DNA of 63,712 nucleotides, counting the filler, from Reticulomyxa filosa (Eukaryota > Protista > Foraminifera): NCBI GenBank assembly GCA_000512085.1. It is 15 parts of 15 records of this genome, joined end to end, with 100 filler letters (N's around TTAATTAATTAA, not from the genome) between each part and the next. Parts side by side here need not be neighbours in the genome. Positions count along the whole stretch, not along the records: positions 4,068 to 16,920 come from ASPP01023835.1; positions 17,021 to 28,729 come from ASPP01004527.1; 13 more parts are not named here. One strand, 5' to 3'. The notes under the pieces are model-generated. The model was not told where the DNA came from and ran no database searches. It was given only the letters and a program-made list of their open reading frames with translations. How positions within the stretch are numbered: the first letter of the stretch is position 1; each line of letters opens with the position of its first letter. The translations under genes were made by a program, and so were the position numbers. Shown here piece after piece: positions 12,335 to 26,502 of the stretch.

Positions 12335-13859
12335 TTTGTTCTTTTACAATTACACCTATCACATTTACAACACAAAAAATAAAAGTTGGATTAGTAAAAA
12401 AAAAGTTTTGGGGAAAGGGGCAAACAAAGTTGACCCTTTAAAGAGGTTTTTCTAAACTTGCTTCCAAAGAAATCCTCAGGATGAACACAACAATTCCCTT
12501 CTAAATTGCTTTAAATTACACTGTTTTTTCTCTTCTTTTTTTTAAAAAAAAAAGGAATACCTCAAAAATTTTGACGTTCAGGGACATACTGTTCTACACG
12601 TTGTTTTGTATCAACAAAATCGGAGCAATAATTTGGCTTTTATGTCTTATTTGTACAAAACAAAAGCGTTGTGCACACTTTTTATCTGCTCAAACGACAC
12701 TTAAAAATGCAATTTAAGAATGAAATATACGACGTTGTAGTGAAGTTATCAACAGAAAGCCGGGAATTCACTCATATCCCTGCAATTTCAGCCCTTTTTT
12801 ATGCAATAGATCCATCAATATTAAAAAATAATTAAATTTGTGCCAAAAAGTTCACGAATAAAAATGATCTCTTTCTTACGAGTTTCAAATAATTTGTATA
12901 ATTGCGGAAGAAATCCACTTTGAACTAATCGATTTCAAAAGAAAAATTTTTATTATGCGAAAAATACATCGAATTTACGTAAGTTGTAAAAAAAAAATCT
13001 AAATTTAATTTTTCAATTCACGAAACATTGTCCCCAATTTTTAAACAAAAACAATCACAAACAACCTTCGCTTGCACTTTTTTTTGACCAATTTGTTCAA
13101 TTTTGCAAGTTCCTATTAACACACAATCTTTCGTTTAATTTTTGAACAAAATAAAAAAATGTTAGAATTCGAGTGAGAATAATGCCAACAAAAAAGGCGT
13201 TATTCTTTCTGTGATGTCTTTTATTGTAAGGGTTTTGTGAAAATAATGATTGGTTAACATCAATCAAAATTATGCCGAAGCATAGCACAAAACCCTAGAA
13301 GAATTTACAACAACAAAAACTAAACTTTTAGCCTGTATTAGACCAATCATTGACATTTTGCTTTTAACAAAAAAGCACACCGCCACGGAAAAGCGGATAT
13401 ATCAAATACGTCATTGTTTAAAATCAAAAGAATATAAACAACGAAACATTGTAACTACAATGACTTACAATTAGAATAAAAGACAAAACTTTTAAAAAAC
13501 GACTAAAGGTCCTTAAACTTTTTCTGTAGGGAGTTCCCTCCCTTCTTTCGTGTAGTTCAACGGTATGTCACCACGAATTAATGAAAAATTTATTTTCTTG
13601 TTTTGCACGAAATTGAAGTAGAGACAGTTAAGAAAATAAATGGCTAATGGTGTTTGCAAAACATTTTTATGGCTGCCATTCATTTTTCATGTTAAGTTGT
13701 AGAAAACGTACAAGACTGAAGTTTTTAATCTAAAAAAAGGTGATAGTCAAGAAAGGTAAAATGAAAACAGAATAATCTCTTTTTTTTTTTGTAAGACCAT
13801 TTTTAAAAAATACTTAGTTGTTCAATGTGTAACATCAAGGGCATGCAAGAAATGAAGAA

Positions 13860-14682
13860 TTATGAATTAACACCGAACAATCGTATACCATAGAGCCAAG
13901 GATGTTTAGGAATCAAACAAAGTAGCAACGCGACAACATTGGCAAAATAGTATCTCTTTTTCCACTCTTGTTCATAGCATGCTGCCAAGCATCTATTTAT
14001 TATCATTATTTACCAAATATGTTTGTAAACATAACTTTGTCGGATTTGTTATTATATAAGTATTTATGATAAATGCATAACAAAAGCATAGGTATTATTG
14101 TAAAGAATTTTTTGCCAGGGGTGTAATGTCTTCCGTTGTCGAGCAGTTCCCAGAACGTGCCTTGGTCATACACCCCTCCATCAAAAGGATCCATTGTTCC
14201 TCGACGCCAATGCATTAGCCAAAAAGTTGCCTTTAATTTTTTTAAAAATTTTGTTTAATTTACTGATTTTTATTTGCTTTTTTTTAAAAAGAATATTTGT
14301 CATCTTTGTTTATTTTTTTTTTTTTTTGAACTTTTTATGAAGAGAACAATGAAATGGAGTGGACGCACGAGGACGTAACAAAGCAGTGGATTAAATTAAC
14401 AAAGGTGAGTGGCGATGCGTTCAGACGGACGGCAGCGGGGATCGCTTTGACAATCCACCACGACATTAGTATTAGGCACACATAAAACAACCAAAAGCCG
14501 TAAAAGTCTGCAAAGTCCACACTCAACACGGGGAAGGACTGAGAGCGGTAAAGGGGGATACGCTTAGCAATTGAAAAATGCTCTTCTGGTTCTGTTTGTG
14601 GGTCACTATCAAATGACAACCCGTCGTTAGCTGTCTTTGGTTGGACACGATGTTTTTTTTGTCTTGAATTTCTCTTAGACAT
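13860..14682 (-). CDS. ORMDL: ORMDL/ORM1-family serine palmitoyltransferase regulator (3 exons)
   Basis: 'HWRRGT..FDGG.YDQGTFWELLDNGRHYTPGKKFFTIIP'. A terminal exon (13860-13992), absent from the ORF track, reads '...LIPKHPWLYGIRLFGVNS*', matching the ORMDL C-terminus. Confidence 0.88.
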
Positions 14683-14912
14683 TGATTGAGTCAAATGGAT
14701 TATTGTTTGCTGATAAAAATATATATATATATTTGAATTTTTTTTTTTGGCTGGCGAACGGGGACGCTCCCTTACGTTTTTGAATTTACGTGAAATTTAA
14801 TTTTTTCAAAGTCAAAATTGCAATTAATATTGTTTAAAAAATGATAAAAATCCCATTTGAGAAAGCAACCAAAAAATAACGGGTTAAAAAAAGATAGTAA
14901 CAAAAAAAAGCC

Positions 14913-16890
14913 TTATAATTGTTCGTATCCAGCGCGTTTTGATTTATGTCTTTTAAAAAAATATTGATTTACAATGACAATGGCGCAATTGATGAGAGAA
15001 CAACCCACAAGCATAGAGTAGGCTCCGACGTATTTGCCTCTTTGAGCCCCGTATTTGTGATTGCTTTCATCAGCCAAAACTCCAAATATGATACAAAAAA
15101 GCATTGCCGATAGATAGTTACAACCACAACTCAAATTGGACACTGCACCTTGCAAATGCAATGGGATATCGCGAAACAGCTCATCATAGCCAGTGCTAAT
15201 AAAGCATTCGCTTCCAAAGATGAACAGAGCCACCACAATGATCGGCAAATACACAGCCGTGCTCTTCAAATAAGCAAACAATGAAAACGCAATACAAAAA
15301 CATAGGCAAGCAATTATCATAAACAAATTACTGCCCAATTTGTTTACGCTTGTTCCAACAAAGCGAGTTGGGATTACCGATACGCCAGGAATTGTAATCA
15401 ACAGCAAGTTGGCAGTGTATGTCCTTTACAAAATAAAAAAAAAGTCTTAATATAAACATACAATATAAACATACATACCTATATACATACATAACCTATA
15501 TACATATATACATATATGTGTATATAAATATATATGTTTATATTAAAACAAAACGTGTAATGATATTGGCGCACGATCATTTCAGATGACAACATGACAA
15601 AAGCGAAGAAAATACCAAAGTAAATGGCCAAAAACAGTATGTCACATCCTAATGAGAGATTGAATCCTTCAAATTTTCTGTTGTACCAATCTTTCAAAGA
15701 GTATTCCATTGGCGGAGCATCCATACTTTCTCTAATGTATCACACAACACAACACAATATAGATTGTTTATGCAATACAATAGATCCTCTTGAAGCAAAT
15801 GAAACTGTCGAGTGTCTGGAAAAGCATATTCGGCAGAGTCCTCTTTCGGAGCAGACGGACTCTTGACATTGTGCAAAGAAAGTTTTGGCGTTCCAGCAAT
15901 GCGACTTTCCCGATTGACAAGTTTATTCCGACTGCTGTGATAGCCATCCAATTGCATCTGCGCATTTGCATTTGGGTTTGTACTTGCCCGAGGCGAGAGC
16001 GTCTTGAATCTGCTGGGGTCTCCGCCCTCCGAATCGTGGCTCGAAAGGCCGCTTCGCCCTCTGAGCAATGCACGTGGACTGCTGCTAGCTTTATTGATCA
16101 ATGGAGTGTGCTCCGACTTGTCCACCGAATCCCCTACCCTGTGACTACTATTACTACCACCATAGCCATCGTCGTCACCACCATCGTTGTTATTCTCGTA
16201 CTCATAGTTATTGCCATTGCCATTGCCATTGCCATTGCCATCCATGGCAGCCGAGTCTGTATTCGTCGTTTGCTGGCGAATTGTAGATGTCTCTTCCGCC
16301 ATTGCGTTTTTTTCCTGTTGTATCTTTTCATCCCGTTTTGCTGCGTACACTAATGAGAGCCAGCTTGCTAGTCCCAAACCTAATCAATACAAACATATAT
16401 TCATTTATATATATATATATATATATAAATGAATAAATACCAATTCCAGGTAACAACGAATAATTAGCATAATCACATCTTCCACCAATAAGACACGCAA
16501 ATGGAACCAAAAGCAGCCTCGAAGAGAACACTCCATGCATTCGAATGCGCAGAGTGTGATAGCACGCCTTCATGCCCAACTCCATGGGGCCTTCGTCGAA
16601 CCATCGCAACACCAGGACGTTGACGCATGTCTCAATCCAACCGATGCACAGTCCTGTGCCCAAGCGATTTAAAAACAACAGCGACAACAGCGCCATAGAC
16701 ATGGATCCGTTGTCGTACGCAATCGTCAACAAGATAAACGACAGCACTTCAAACACAGTTATCAGCAGCAGCACGTACCGACTCACTGCCTCTCCACGAG
16801 AAAACCAATTCTCTGTCATCATCGCCTCAGAAGACCACCAAAATCCCAAGCACATTCCAAAAAACGTCGCACCGTAGAGTAGGCCAAACT
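14913..16890 (-). CDS. Major facilitator superfamily transporter, 5'-partial and multi-exon
   Basis: Hydrophobic exons 16328-16855, 15479-15724 and 14913-15407 flank a long hydrophilic loop. 'LNRLGTGL' and 'VNKLGS' resemble MFS motifs. Confidence 0.65.
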
Positions 16891-17020
16891 ATTTCCATTG
16901 TTACAACAAAAAAAAAAAAANNNNNNNNNNNNNNNNNNNNNNNNNNNNNNNNNNNNNNNNNNNNTTAATTAATTAANNNNNNNNNNNNNNNNNNNNNNNN
17001 NNNNNNNNNNNNNNNNNNNN

Positions 17021-17545
17021 GTTATCTTTATTATTATAAAAAACAAACATCATATATATAATAAGTAAATTATACTTATTATTAACTAATATAAATAAAA
17101 AATAAGTAAAGTTATACTTATTTTTATATAATATATATAATATAATAATGAAAGTTATCATTGTTATAAAAAAACAAAATAAAATCAGTAAACTTAATAT
17201 AATGTAAAAAAATAATAAAGAAAGTTATCTTTATTATAAAAAAAATAAGTATTTTACATAATATAAAAATAAATAAGTAAAATTATACTTATTTTATATA
17301 ATAATATATAATTAAAAAAAATAAAGAAAGCAATCTTTATTATAAAAAAAAAATAAAGGAAAGTTATCCTTTTTTATATATAATATATAATGTAATAAGG
17401 AAAGCTATCCTTATTTATAAACAAAAATAAGTATAAAGAAAAAAAATAAGGAAAGTTATACTTATTTATATGAAAAATAATAATGAAAGTTATCATTATT
17501 ATTATAAAAATAAATAAAAAAAAAAGAAATGTAAAAAAATATAAA
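17021..17545. repeat. Degenerate AT-rich minisatellite
   Basis: Recurring AAAGTTATCTTTATTATAAA and AAGTAAATTATACTTATTT units, at least 8 copies (e.g. 17151, 17221, 17361, 17401, 17451, 17486). Confidence 0.6.
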
Positions 17546-17559
17546 TTATGACAATTGAA

Positions 17560-19170
17560 TAACATGATAAATTTGTGTAAAGCTTCAAATCTTGTCTTCG
17601 TCGTAATTCAAGAGAATGAAGTTGGTAAATAACATTGACTGCCATAAGTAGTCTGGTTAATCACAACAAGGATTTGTATCATTTCCAATTGTCTCTTATG
17701 AGTGTCTGCTGCCCATTCCAAAATTCTGATGTTAGTACGAATCATGGTGGTCTGACACATTTGTATGAACATAAGTATGTCAAATATATAAATTTCATCG
17801 ATGCTTTGCCATAGATGTAATTAACATCATGTGGAAATCAAGAAACAGACAAGATATTTCACATGATCGCATTATTCCAGGTTTGAATTCTGCAAGTGAT
17901 TCACTGCGTCTTATCAGTACTTTGTTGCAATGATTGCAACTGACCATCACTTGTAAATATCGATGTACAAAGTGTCACTTTATCAGCAAACATTCAACAT
18001 TGAATATGTTGATGGACGACTGTTGGTAAATCATTAATAAGTATTGAATTGTTCCATTCAATACAACCTTCCAAATCGATCTGATAAGAAGATATCAATC
18101 TACTATATCAATACATTTCTCAAAACACTATCATACTCTGCAATAAGTCACTGAATTGCAATTGGATGACTTGTGAATAGTCTCAGTCAAGTTCAGTAAC
18201 AGCTAATCTGTGTTATGCCAAGATTAGGATTATTAGTGTTTGATGCAACAATCATATTAATATCCTTTTCATCAATTTCGATAACAATGCAATCGGCCTA
18301 TGATTTTTGTACTGACTATGATCCATCTGATAGATATTACTCATATCAATAAAATCATCAATCAATTCCAGGTTTAGATATCGCCACTTTAAATCGATAT
18401 AATTTTCAATCATTTCATAGTGTTTTCATCAATATCTTGGAGGTTCTGCAAATGTCTTTGCCAATAGATATGCTTTACCAATATCTGATCTTGCAACTGA
18501 ATCTGTATCATTGTTTACAATGCTAGAATAATCATATTTTATTGGTGTTCAATGCCTTGGACTACGTGAATAAATTCTTATATTCTATTTATGCAGCGAA
18601 TTAATGCTGTTTATCACATGTTGGTGTTTTTCTAATTGCAATTTTTTCGCAATTGCTTGGTACTATCTTATACAGCATCAAATTCCTTGGCATTCTTTGT
18701 TTACGAAATCTGTTCAACTCTTTTTCGTAATCGACATAAACTATCATTACATCATGGCTTTTTCAGTTTTAATAACACATTTGTTTCAAGATTCGATTGC
18801 TTTATCCAAAGAATCTCGATTTCTCGATACAATTGGATCAATAGATTGCAATTCCATGTCTCAATCTTTTGTCGTTCAATGTGAAGGCCACATGGCTTTG
18901 ATATTGAACGTGATTGGGAGATGATTTGAGTGTGCATCCAATTCAGTTCTCCAATTACTAATCAATGGAATAGACTATGAACATAATGTGATGTCGCATT
19001 ATCTTTCATGAATGTACAGTCAAATGGTAATATTCCAATCTACTCCAATCAGTGATTTTCATAGCAGATTGTAATTCTTGCTCAAATGCTTGAATATGTA
19101 ATGTCTTACGCTGCGAACTTCGATAGAAACTTCAGAATAATAACGGCTTCTTTTCATCTGATATAAAGTT
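17560..19170 (-). mobile_element. Decayed non-LTR retrotransposon (LINE) copy with APE, RT and 3' fragments
   Basis: Nucleotide homology to 21800-22700 and 24900-26200, with shared segments such as CAAGATTCGATTGCTTTATCCAAAGAATC and GATATTGAACGTGATTGGGAGATGAT. Many stops and deletions. Confidence 0.75.
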
Positions 19171-19229
19171 TCCACCCAACAAATGGTATTTTGATATCTA
19201 TAAATTGCCAATTATGGATTAGCAGAAGA

Positions 19230-19900
19230 TTTTGATATCATTTCGAGTCATTCTTAGATTATTTACATAGCAATGGAACAGAAATTGGATTTGTGAATGA
19301 TATTTTAATACATAAAATGCTACGATATCTCATTTATCGGCAAAGTTGGATTGAATGATTATTTTATAACATTCAAAGATCAAAATCTTCTGATTGCATT
19401 TGATGTAAAGAATAAGCTGTAAAATGAATTAAGTGGATTGTTATTATTCCGAATTGGAATATCAGAAATTACAGAATTACCTAATGGTAAGTTCGTGATT
19501 AATGCGCTATTCAGTAAATGAAGAATAGACAGTTGGTGAATGAATATCCAGATATTAATGTATTGTTACTGTCGATGAAGCAACTCATGATTGGTGATCG
19601 AACGTGGAAATCAGGTGTCAAAATTAAAGTCAATGCATATCTTCTTGAATTGGACTCATTTAAATTGGATGTTCCTCAAGGATCTACATTACCCGCAATA
19701 TTGTCTATATTGTCAGTCACTCATCGACATATTAAGTGTGGAATGTTTGCTGATGTTGCACAATTGAAATAACTATGCATTTGGTTGAGCAAATAGAAGA
19801 TGTTACTTGCAGTTGCTGAAGTGGCATCAAAACAAAAATTTTCAAAGATGACATTGCAGCATATCAAGTACCTTAATCCACAAAAGCATTATTTTAGTTG
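19230..19900 (+). mobile_element. LINE RNase H and reverse transcriptase fragments, opposite orientation
   Basis: RT motifs 'DVPQGSTLPAIL' and 'IKCGMFAD' (PQGS and FADD remnants), preceded by the RNase H remnant 'KFVINAL'. Confidence 0.75.
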
Positions 19901-20539
19901 AATTAAATCTTATGAGCATCGTCCAAAAGGAAAGAACAAGCGAAAAACATATTCATTTTGGGGGATTACAGTAGCGAATCCTTTGAGTTATTGTTTTCAA
20001 AGATTCAATATACGAAACAAAAAAAATGTAAACACCAAAAAAAGACTTTTGCTTGTTACTAATATTCTGTTCGGCTACTGTTTTGGCGGTTTAGCATTAA
20101 AAAATTCTTCACAATTGGTAATATTGAACTTTTTGCAATTCGTCAATAAAAAAAAATAAAAAAGGGTACATAAGAGTTAAAAAAATTGTTACAAAATATC
20201 TACCTCAATCAATGATGTCCGGTGATGGCTTGCCTGGTGATGAAATGATGTATGTGCAACAAGATGTTACGAACATGCAGTCTTTTCCCACGATGAGCAT
20301 GATTTATGTGCAACAATATGTAGCTTAAATCCTAGGAGAAAAATACCATCTAATCAGCAATGGTTATCTTTCTTTCAAAATAATTTTTGAAACTAAATAC
20401 AATCAACAGAATCTACAAATAATCATCCAATCCAACTTTGCCAGTGATATCGAGGAAAAACAGATATTGAAAGTGAAAGAAAATTATGCAATAAAATCTC
20501 AAAAAAATTATTTTAATTTTTCCAGCTGCCACGATGTGT

Positions 20540-20700
20540 TGAAGTGAAATTGCGGCAACAAATTCTTGATTGCTGCTCGCCATGTTTCTTTAAGTTCTTG
20601 ATAATGTGAACATTCCATTAAGAAATGTTCCACAGTTTCTTCTTCACCTTCACACCATTTGCAACCTGATGAATTTGAACAGGCACCTTTAATCGGTGCA
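20540..20700 (-). mobile_element. LINE ORF2 C-terminal CCHC zinc-knuckle fragment
   Basis: The minus strand reads 'GCKWCEGEEETVEHFLMECSHYQELK', a typical Cx2C...ETVEHxxxxC motif. Confidence 0.75.
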
Positions 20701-21339
20701 AAACAATTTTTTTGAATGACTTAGCATCAATCAGATCGCGTAAATATCGTTTGTGGCGTTTACTTCATTTGTTCAATGTCGATTCTATTCTTCTGTGAAA
20801 AATGGATTCAATCCATGGAAATTTAGTAATTTTTTCCTTCTTTGGTTTTACACTGATATAACAGGCATCAATTCTGAAGTTATTGTGAATTAAAGAAAAA
20901 GAAATTGAAAATACATACGTTTTCTCAAACATGGAAAACGCTGTTTATGCATTTCCATAACCAAGTAAAGATGGAAAATATCAAATCAATTGAAGATCAA
21001 TTTAATGCAAGGATCCCAAGACAAGAGACAGCGAAAAACAAAGTTGTTTTTTTTTTTTAGATGGGAGCGTGTCAAGTATCTCGCTTCATCCTCAACTCGC
21101 GCTGCTTTTTGAACTATCTACCTGCATAAACTCAGGTCTTTCTAGTTAAAAGAGCACTTCGTTCTAAGAAATATTTTTTTTTTTTTTCTAAGAAATAGAA
21201 CATAGTACCCAAAAAAGAAACACAAAAATAAAAGAAAGATACACAAAATCTTACAACGACCAAAAAGATCAACGCAAAAATAATCAAAAGAAAAACAATA
21301 AAGTTATTTCAATTTAAATTGAGATTTAATTGAAGAAAC

Positions 21340-24180
21340 TTCGACTACGAACTTGGCTGATGCTTTTACAACTTTAATCCTGACATCTGGTTTCCACGAT
21401 CGATCCCCAATAATGAATTGTTTCATTGACAAAGACAATACATTGATATCTGGAAGCATCCACTTTATCATTACTAGGAATACCAGAATGACCTTTAATC
21501 CAATAGATCTCTGGAGCATTATCTTCATTAAATGATCTCAATATCTTCTGACAATTCATAATTGGCAATTTATAGATATCAGAATCCCATTTGTTGGATA
21601 TCGAATTAATCACGAACTTGCAATCAGTAAAAATAATCACTCTTCCGCAATGTAATCTATAATGATTACTCAAGTATTTCAATGCAAGTCCCATTGCTTC
21701 GATCTCTGAACCAATGTTTGTTGTAATACCATTGATTGGATATTCCAACTTCAGCCATTGTGATAAATATGGATCCTGAATGACAAGTCCTGCTCCAATT
21801 CCAGGATTCGTGAAAGTACTTCAATCACAAAATATCACAATGCAATCAAAACCAATGATGATAAAATTTCGTCTGATGTTGGTTCATTGAAGATCGCAAT
21901 GGTGATTTATTTGATTGTGTCATCATTGCAATTTGCATTGGATGTGGATCTGGTTCAACTGTCGGCATTCCAGCATCAACTTCATTGATGCATCCACGGG
22001 ATAGATATCGCCACTTTAAATCTGATATTATCTTCAACCATTTCATAATGTTTTTCATCAACATCTTTTGGAGGCTGAGGAGATTCTGCAAATGTCTTTG
22101 CCAATAGATATGCTCTATCAATATCTTGTGTTCCTTGTTGACTTTCCAAATTGTCTTGATACCAATTGTCGCTTCTCCAGCTTCAACACACATTTGCTCC
22201 AAGATTCGATTGCTTTATCCAAAGAATCTTGATTTCTCGATACAATTGGATCAATAGATTTCATCCAATTTTCAATCTAAATCTAAATTGTTGCTTCTCA
22301 GATTCCAAGTCTCAATCTTTTGTGTTCAATACGTGGTAAAGCCCACGTGGTTTTGATATTGAACGTAATTGGGAGATGATCTGAGTGCAATTCAACATCA
22401 TCTACTAATCAATGGCAGAATATACGATGAACATAATGTGATATCTATGCTTGATGTTGCATTATCTTTCATGAACGTGCAATATGTAATCCATTGGATA
22501 CAATGAAATCAAGAATACATCGTTGATATTATGATCTAAACATGCAGGATAATGTCCTCCAATAATAATGTGTTCAGTTATTTTCTGAGCTGATTTTGTA
22601 TATTAAATTGATTACACTGCAGATTTCGATAGAACTGCAGAATAATAACGATTTCTTTTGATCAGGATATGAAATTCATAACCAAATACATTAAATGTAT
22701 CAGGCATGCTATTGAATGAACATAAAGATACTGGAAATTATAATCAATGTCCTAAACCTTTCTTGCAATAAACAGATATGGGGCTGCTTCTGATGCAAAT
22801 TTTGTTCTAATGTTTGGGCCTTGTTGTTCTGAGACTGCTTGCATTCGCAATGTTGATTTCATCTCTTGATCGATTTCCAATCCCCATCTGCATTAACGTC
22901 GGGTTAATTGATTGCAGTAAGGATTTTAATTGCTGGAACGCTGACTTAATATCTGTTAATTCACGTCTTATCAGCGAGATTTCATCAGCATTAGATTTCT
23001 TGTTCTGCAGCATTTGATCTTTATTATTCCTTTTCTTTAGTTTCTTCATTTCCATTTGGCCATTGTCCTTTGGCAGCATCAGTATAAGAATAGTTCTTTG
23101 CACATTTGATTTAATTGGAATGTGTTGAGATGCTTTTTTTTCTTGCTTTGCGAATCACATCACATTGCAATGAATCGCTTTTCGACATAGTACACATTTG
23201 TGTTTGTGCTGCTTCATGACATGCATTGCTTGAAATGCGATTTTGGCTTTGTTGAATGGTTCCATTGTCTTTCAATATTTTGACAACATCTTCAGTCTTG
23301 GGTAGAAGCACTCGAAGCAGGACATATCTATTCATTTCAGGATTAGTCAATGCTTCTTCACGCTTTTTCTTTTGTTCAGCAGCGAATGTCTTTGGCTGCC
23401 TTACAATATATTTACCATCTTGATTTTCCTTTTGTTCGATTTGTCTTCTCATCATTGAAGTTATGAGCTAGTTGAGTTAGTTGCTGCTATTAACATCAAT
23501 TGCAAAATGAACAAATAATTTCCAGAAAATGTGCTAATACTTTTCTGGACAACGTATTCTACTTAATCACCGATATTGCTGATTTAAGTTCTTTGGACTT
23601 GATTGGAGTATTAGTACACAGGAATTGTCGTCGAATTTGCATGTTTTTCTTCCACAAATTTTCATCAATCTTTTTTCTTCGTTTTGTTGCATATTTGGAC
23701 TGTGTAATACTTGAAACGTCAATGATTGATACTTTGCTTTCTTTGCTACTTCATTCTTTAATCCATCAGCTGGCGTCTTTCGTTTTATGCTATTCGCCTT
23801 GTGCCACTTGTATCGACGTCCATGCTATTATTCGACGTCATTTTGGATTGCCGTTATTTGTTTCTGGTATCAGGCATATCAATACCATATCAAATTCCAT
23901 TTCCATGTCTGCCTTAACATTAGATTGGATTCTTGAACCAGTTCCAAGTGGGGTGGCCTGCAGTAGATCCGATTATGGTAAATACACCTTGCCTCGACTG
24001 GGTTTCGGTTTTGCCCAAGGTTCAGTAGAAGTTATCCGACCTCTTAAGGATCGATACCATCTCATACAAGTCACCCCGTTGCCAGTAAAAGAGTTACTAT
24101 CTCAGTTAACACAACGGTACACGAAAGCCACCACAGTCACACTAGATGCTGAAAAGCCCAAAGATAACAAAAATGTTTAA
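21340..24180 (-). mobile_element. Internally deleted LINE: gag-like ORF1, APE endonuclease and RNase H remnants, with the RT core missing
   Basis: RNase H 'NIGSEIEAM...IIFTDCKFVINSI...YWIKGHSGIPSNDKVD' (21450-21748). APE 'HQKQPHICLLQE' (~22760-22800) and 'IIIGG'. ORF1-like basic coiled-coil segments at 22807-23455. Confidence 0.82.
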
Positions 24181-24619
24181 AGTCATAAAATCACTAAAAA
24201 ATTTTTACAAATATATTATGTTGCAGAAAAGATAGCGATACAAAAGCAAGTAATTGAAACTCCACAAATAAATCGATGCATATTATTAAGTAAAGTAACT
24301 CAATGTGTCATGTTATCCAAAAAACAAGGATTCACAATATCAATTGGGCCAGCAAAGAAAAATGAGACTGGATACTCTTACACAGAACAGAAATGATCAA
24401 ATGGATCAAATCAACAGCTCAGCAATTATCGTTGAACAATATCAACTGAATCAAGAAAAGATCCAACTGCTGGCTTTTTTTTTTAAGATTGGTTACAGTG
24501 GGGCGTGTCAAGTATTGGACTTCATCCTCAATTTGCAATGCTTTGCCTCTCTACCTGCGCAAAATAATCAAAAGAAAATGATAAAGTTGTTTCAATTTAA
24601 ATTTTGACAAATGTTCAAA

Positions 24620-26345
24620 TTCTTCTCTTGGTATCGACTACGAACTTAGCTTCACAACTTTGATCCAACTGCGACGTAATTCAATGTACTGCAAACATTC
24701 CATCAAGAAATGCTCAACGTTTCTTCCTATGCCTATTCCATTGCTCTGTAAAGATTTAATCCATGATTATTCAAGAATACCGCTGATTGCAATTGCTTAG
24801 CTTTCTTGCGAGCACTATTTGAGACAATATCCACTCTCATTGCTCCGATCTCTGATCCAATGTTTGTTGTAAGCCATCACAAAATATCAAAAAGCAATCA
24901 AAATACAAAATTTCATCTGATATTTCATTGAATATCGCAAATAGTGATTTATTTGATTGAGGCATTATTGCAATTTGCATCGGTGGAATGTTTGGGATTG
25001 GGCGAATCTGGTTCAACTGTCGGCACTCCAGCTTCATTGCATCCACGGGATAATATCGATAATTTATCAATCAATGAGATATAATTTAAATGAGTCTTTG
25101 GTCTTAATTCATTCCAAATCTTGTATGCCAACACAAGATTATAACCATCTGATACATTTGTGATACAACTTCACTTCTTGTCTTCGTCGTAATTCAAGAA
25201 ATAATATCGACTGTGTCATAAACAGTCTGGTTCATTACTCCAAGAATTCGACACATTGCAATCCTTTGTATCCTTTTCAATCGCTTCTTATGAGTGTCTG
25301 TTGCACCATTCCAAAATGCCTATACATACTTGATGCTCGGATGTATAATAGACTTGGTCTGACACCTTTGTATGAACATAAGTGTGTCAAATATCCAAGT
25401 TTCCTCGCTGCTTTGCCATAGATGTAATTAACATGCTTAATCTTCCATTTAATTTAAGTTCATTTCTCATTTATATCTCAATCCATTTCTCCAGACACTA
25501 TCATACGCTGCAGAGATGTCTAATAACGCAGCATAAGTCACTGGATTGCAATCGAATGACTTGTGGATCGTCTTAGTCAATCTTAATAACAACTAATCTG
25601 TGTTCGAAAACTCATTCCAAATAGGAATACCATGCCTTTCTAAATCGTTTTGATACCAATTGTCGCTTCTCCAGCTTCAACAACACATTTGCTCCAAGAT
25701 TCGACTGCTTTGTCCAAAGAATCTCGATCCACTGATACAACTGGTCATAGATTTCATCCAATTATCAATATTCCTTTTCAATCCAATCTAAATTGTTCCC
25801 ATTTGTTGCTTCTCAGATTCCAAATCTCAATCTTTGTCGTTCAATTTCTGGTGAAGACCACGTGGTTTTGATATTGAACGTGATTGGGAGATGATTTGAA
25901 TGCACATCCAATTCAATATCATCCGTTCTCCAATTACTAATCAATGCGATGAACATAATGTGATATCTATGCTTGATGTCGCATTATCTTTCATGAACGT
26001 GCAATATGAATAAATTCACCTACATCGTCGATATTATGATCTAAACATGCAGGATGATGCGCATTCCAATCTCCTCCAATGACAATATATTCAGTGATTT
26101 TCATATGATATTGTAATTCTTGCTCGAAACTAAAATTTTCAGAACAATAACGGTTTATTTTGATCAGGACATGAAATTTTCACCAAATACGATTCATAGT
26201 CAAATACATTGAATGTATCAGGCATGCTATTGAATGATCGTGATGATAGAGTAAATCTCTAATAGACTGCTGATCATGGACCTGCTTGCATATTGGTATT
26301 CGCAATGTTAATTTCATCTCTTGATCGATTTCCAACCCACTGCTG
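24620..26345 (-). mobile_element. Third decayed LINE copy (APE to RNase H and 3' region, many deletions)
   Basis: Homologous to the previous copies. It includes ORF2 start 'GNRSRDEINIANTNMQ', APE 'IVIGGDWNAHHPA', and the pre-RNase H segment also seen at 21846-22030. Confidence 0.78.
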
Positions 26346-26502
26346 GAGGAGTGTTTCCGTCGGAGACAAACAGAAGAATATCAAGAAATCACTTACAGAA
26401 TTTATATAACTTTTTTTTTGTTTTTTTTTTAGTTGAGAATATAATATTGAAATTCCAAAAAAGACGAAAGGAAAAAACATTGTAACCAAGCACCTCACTC
26501 GC

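Noticed and set aside
16101-16432. HCHCHC, MAMAMA and PLPLPL repeat peptides
   Set aside because: Alternative-frame readings of a TTGCCA microsatellite that encodes GNGNGN in the MFS loop.
23500-24180. 226-aa plus-strand ORF in the repeat nest
   Set aside because: It lies antisense to the LINE 5'/ORF1 region and has no recognisable motifs.
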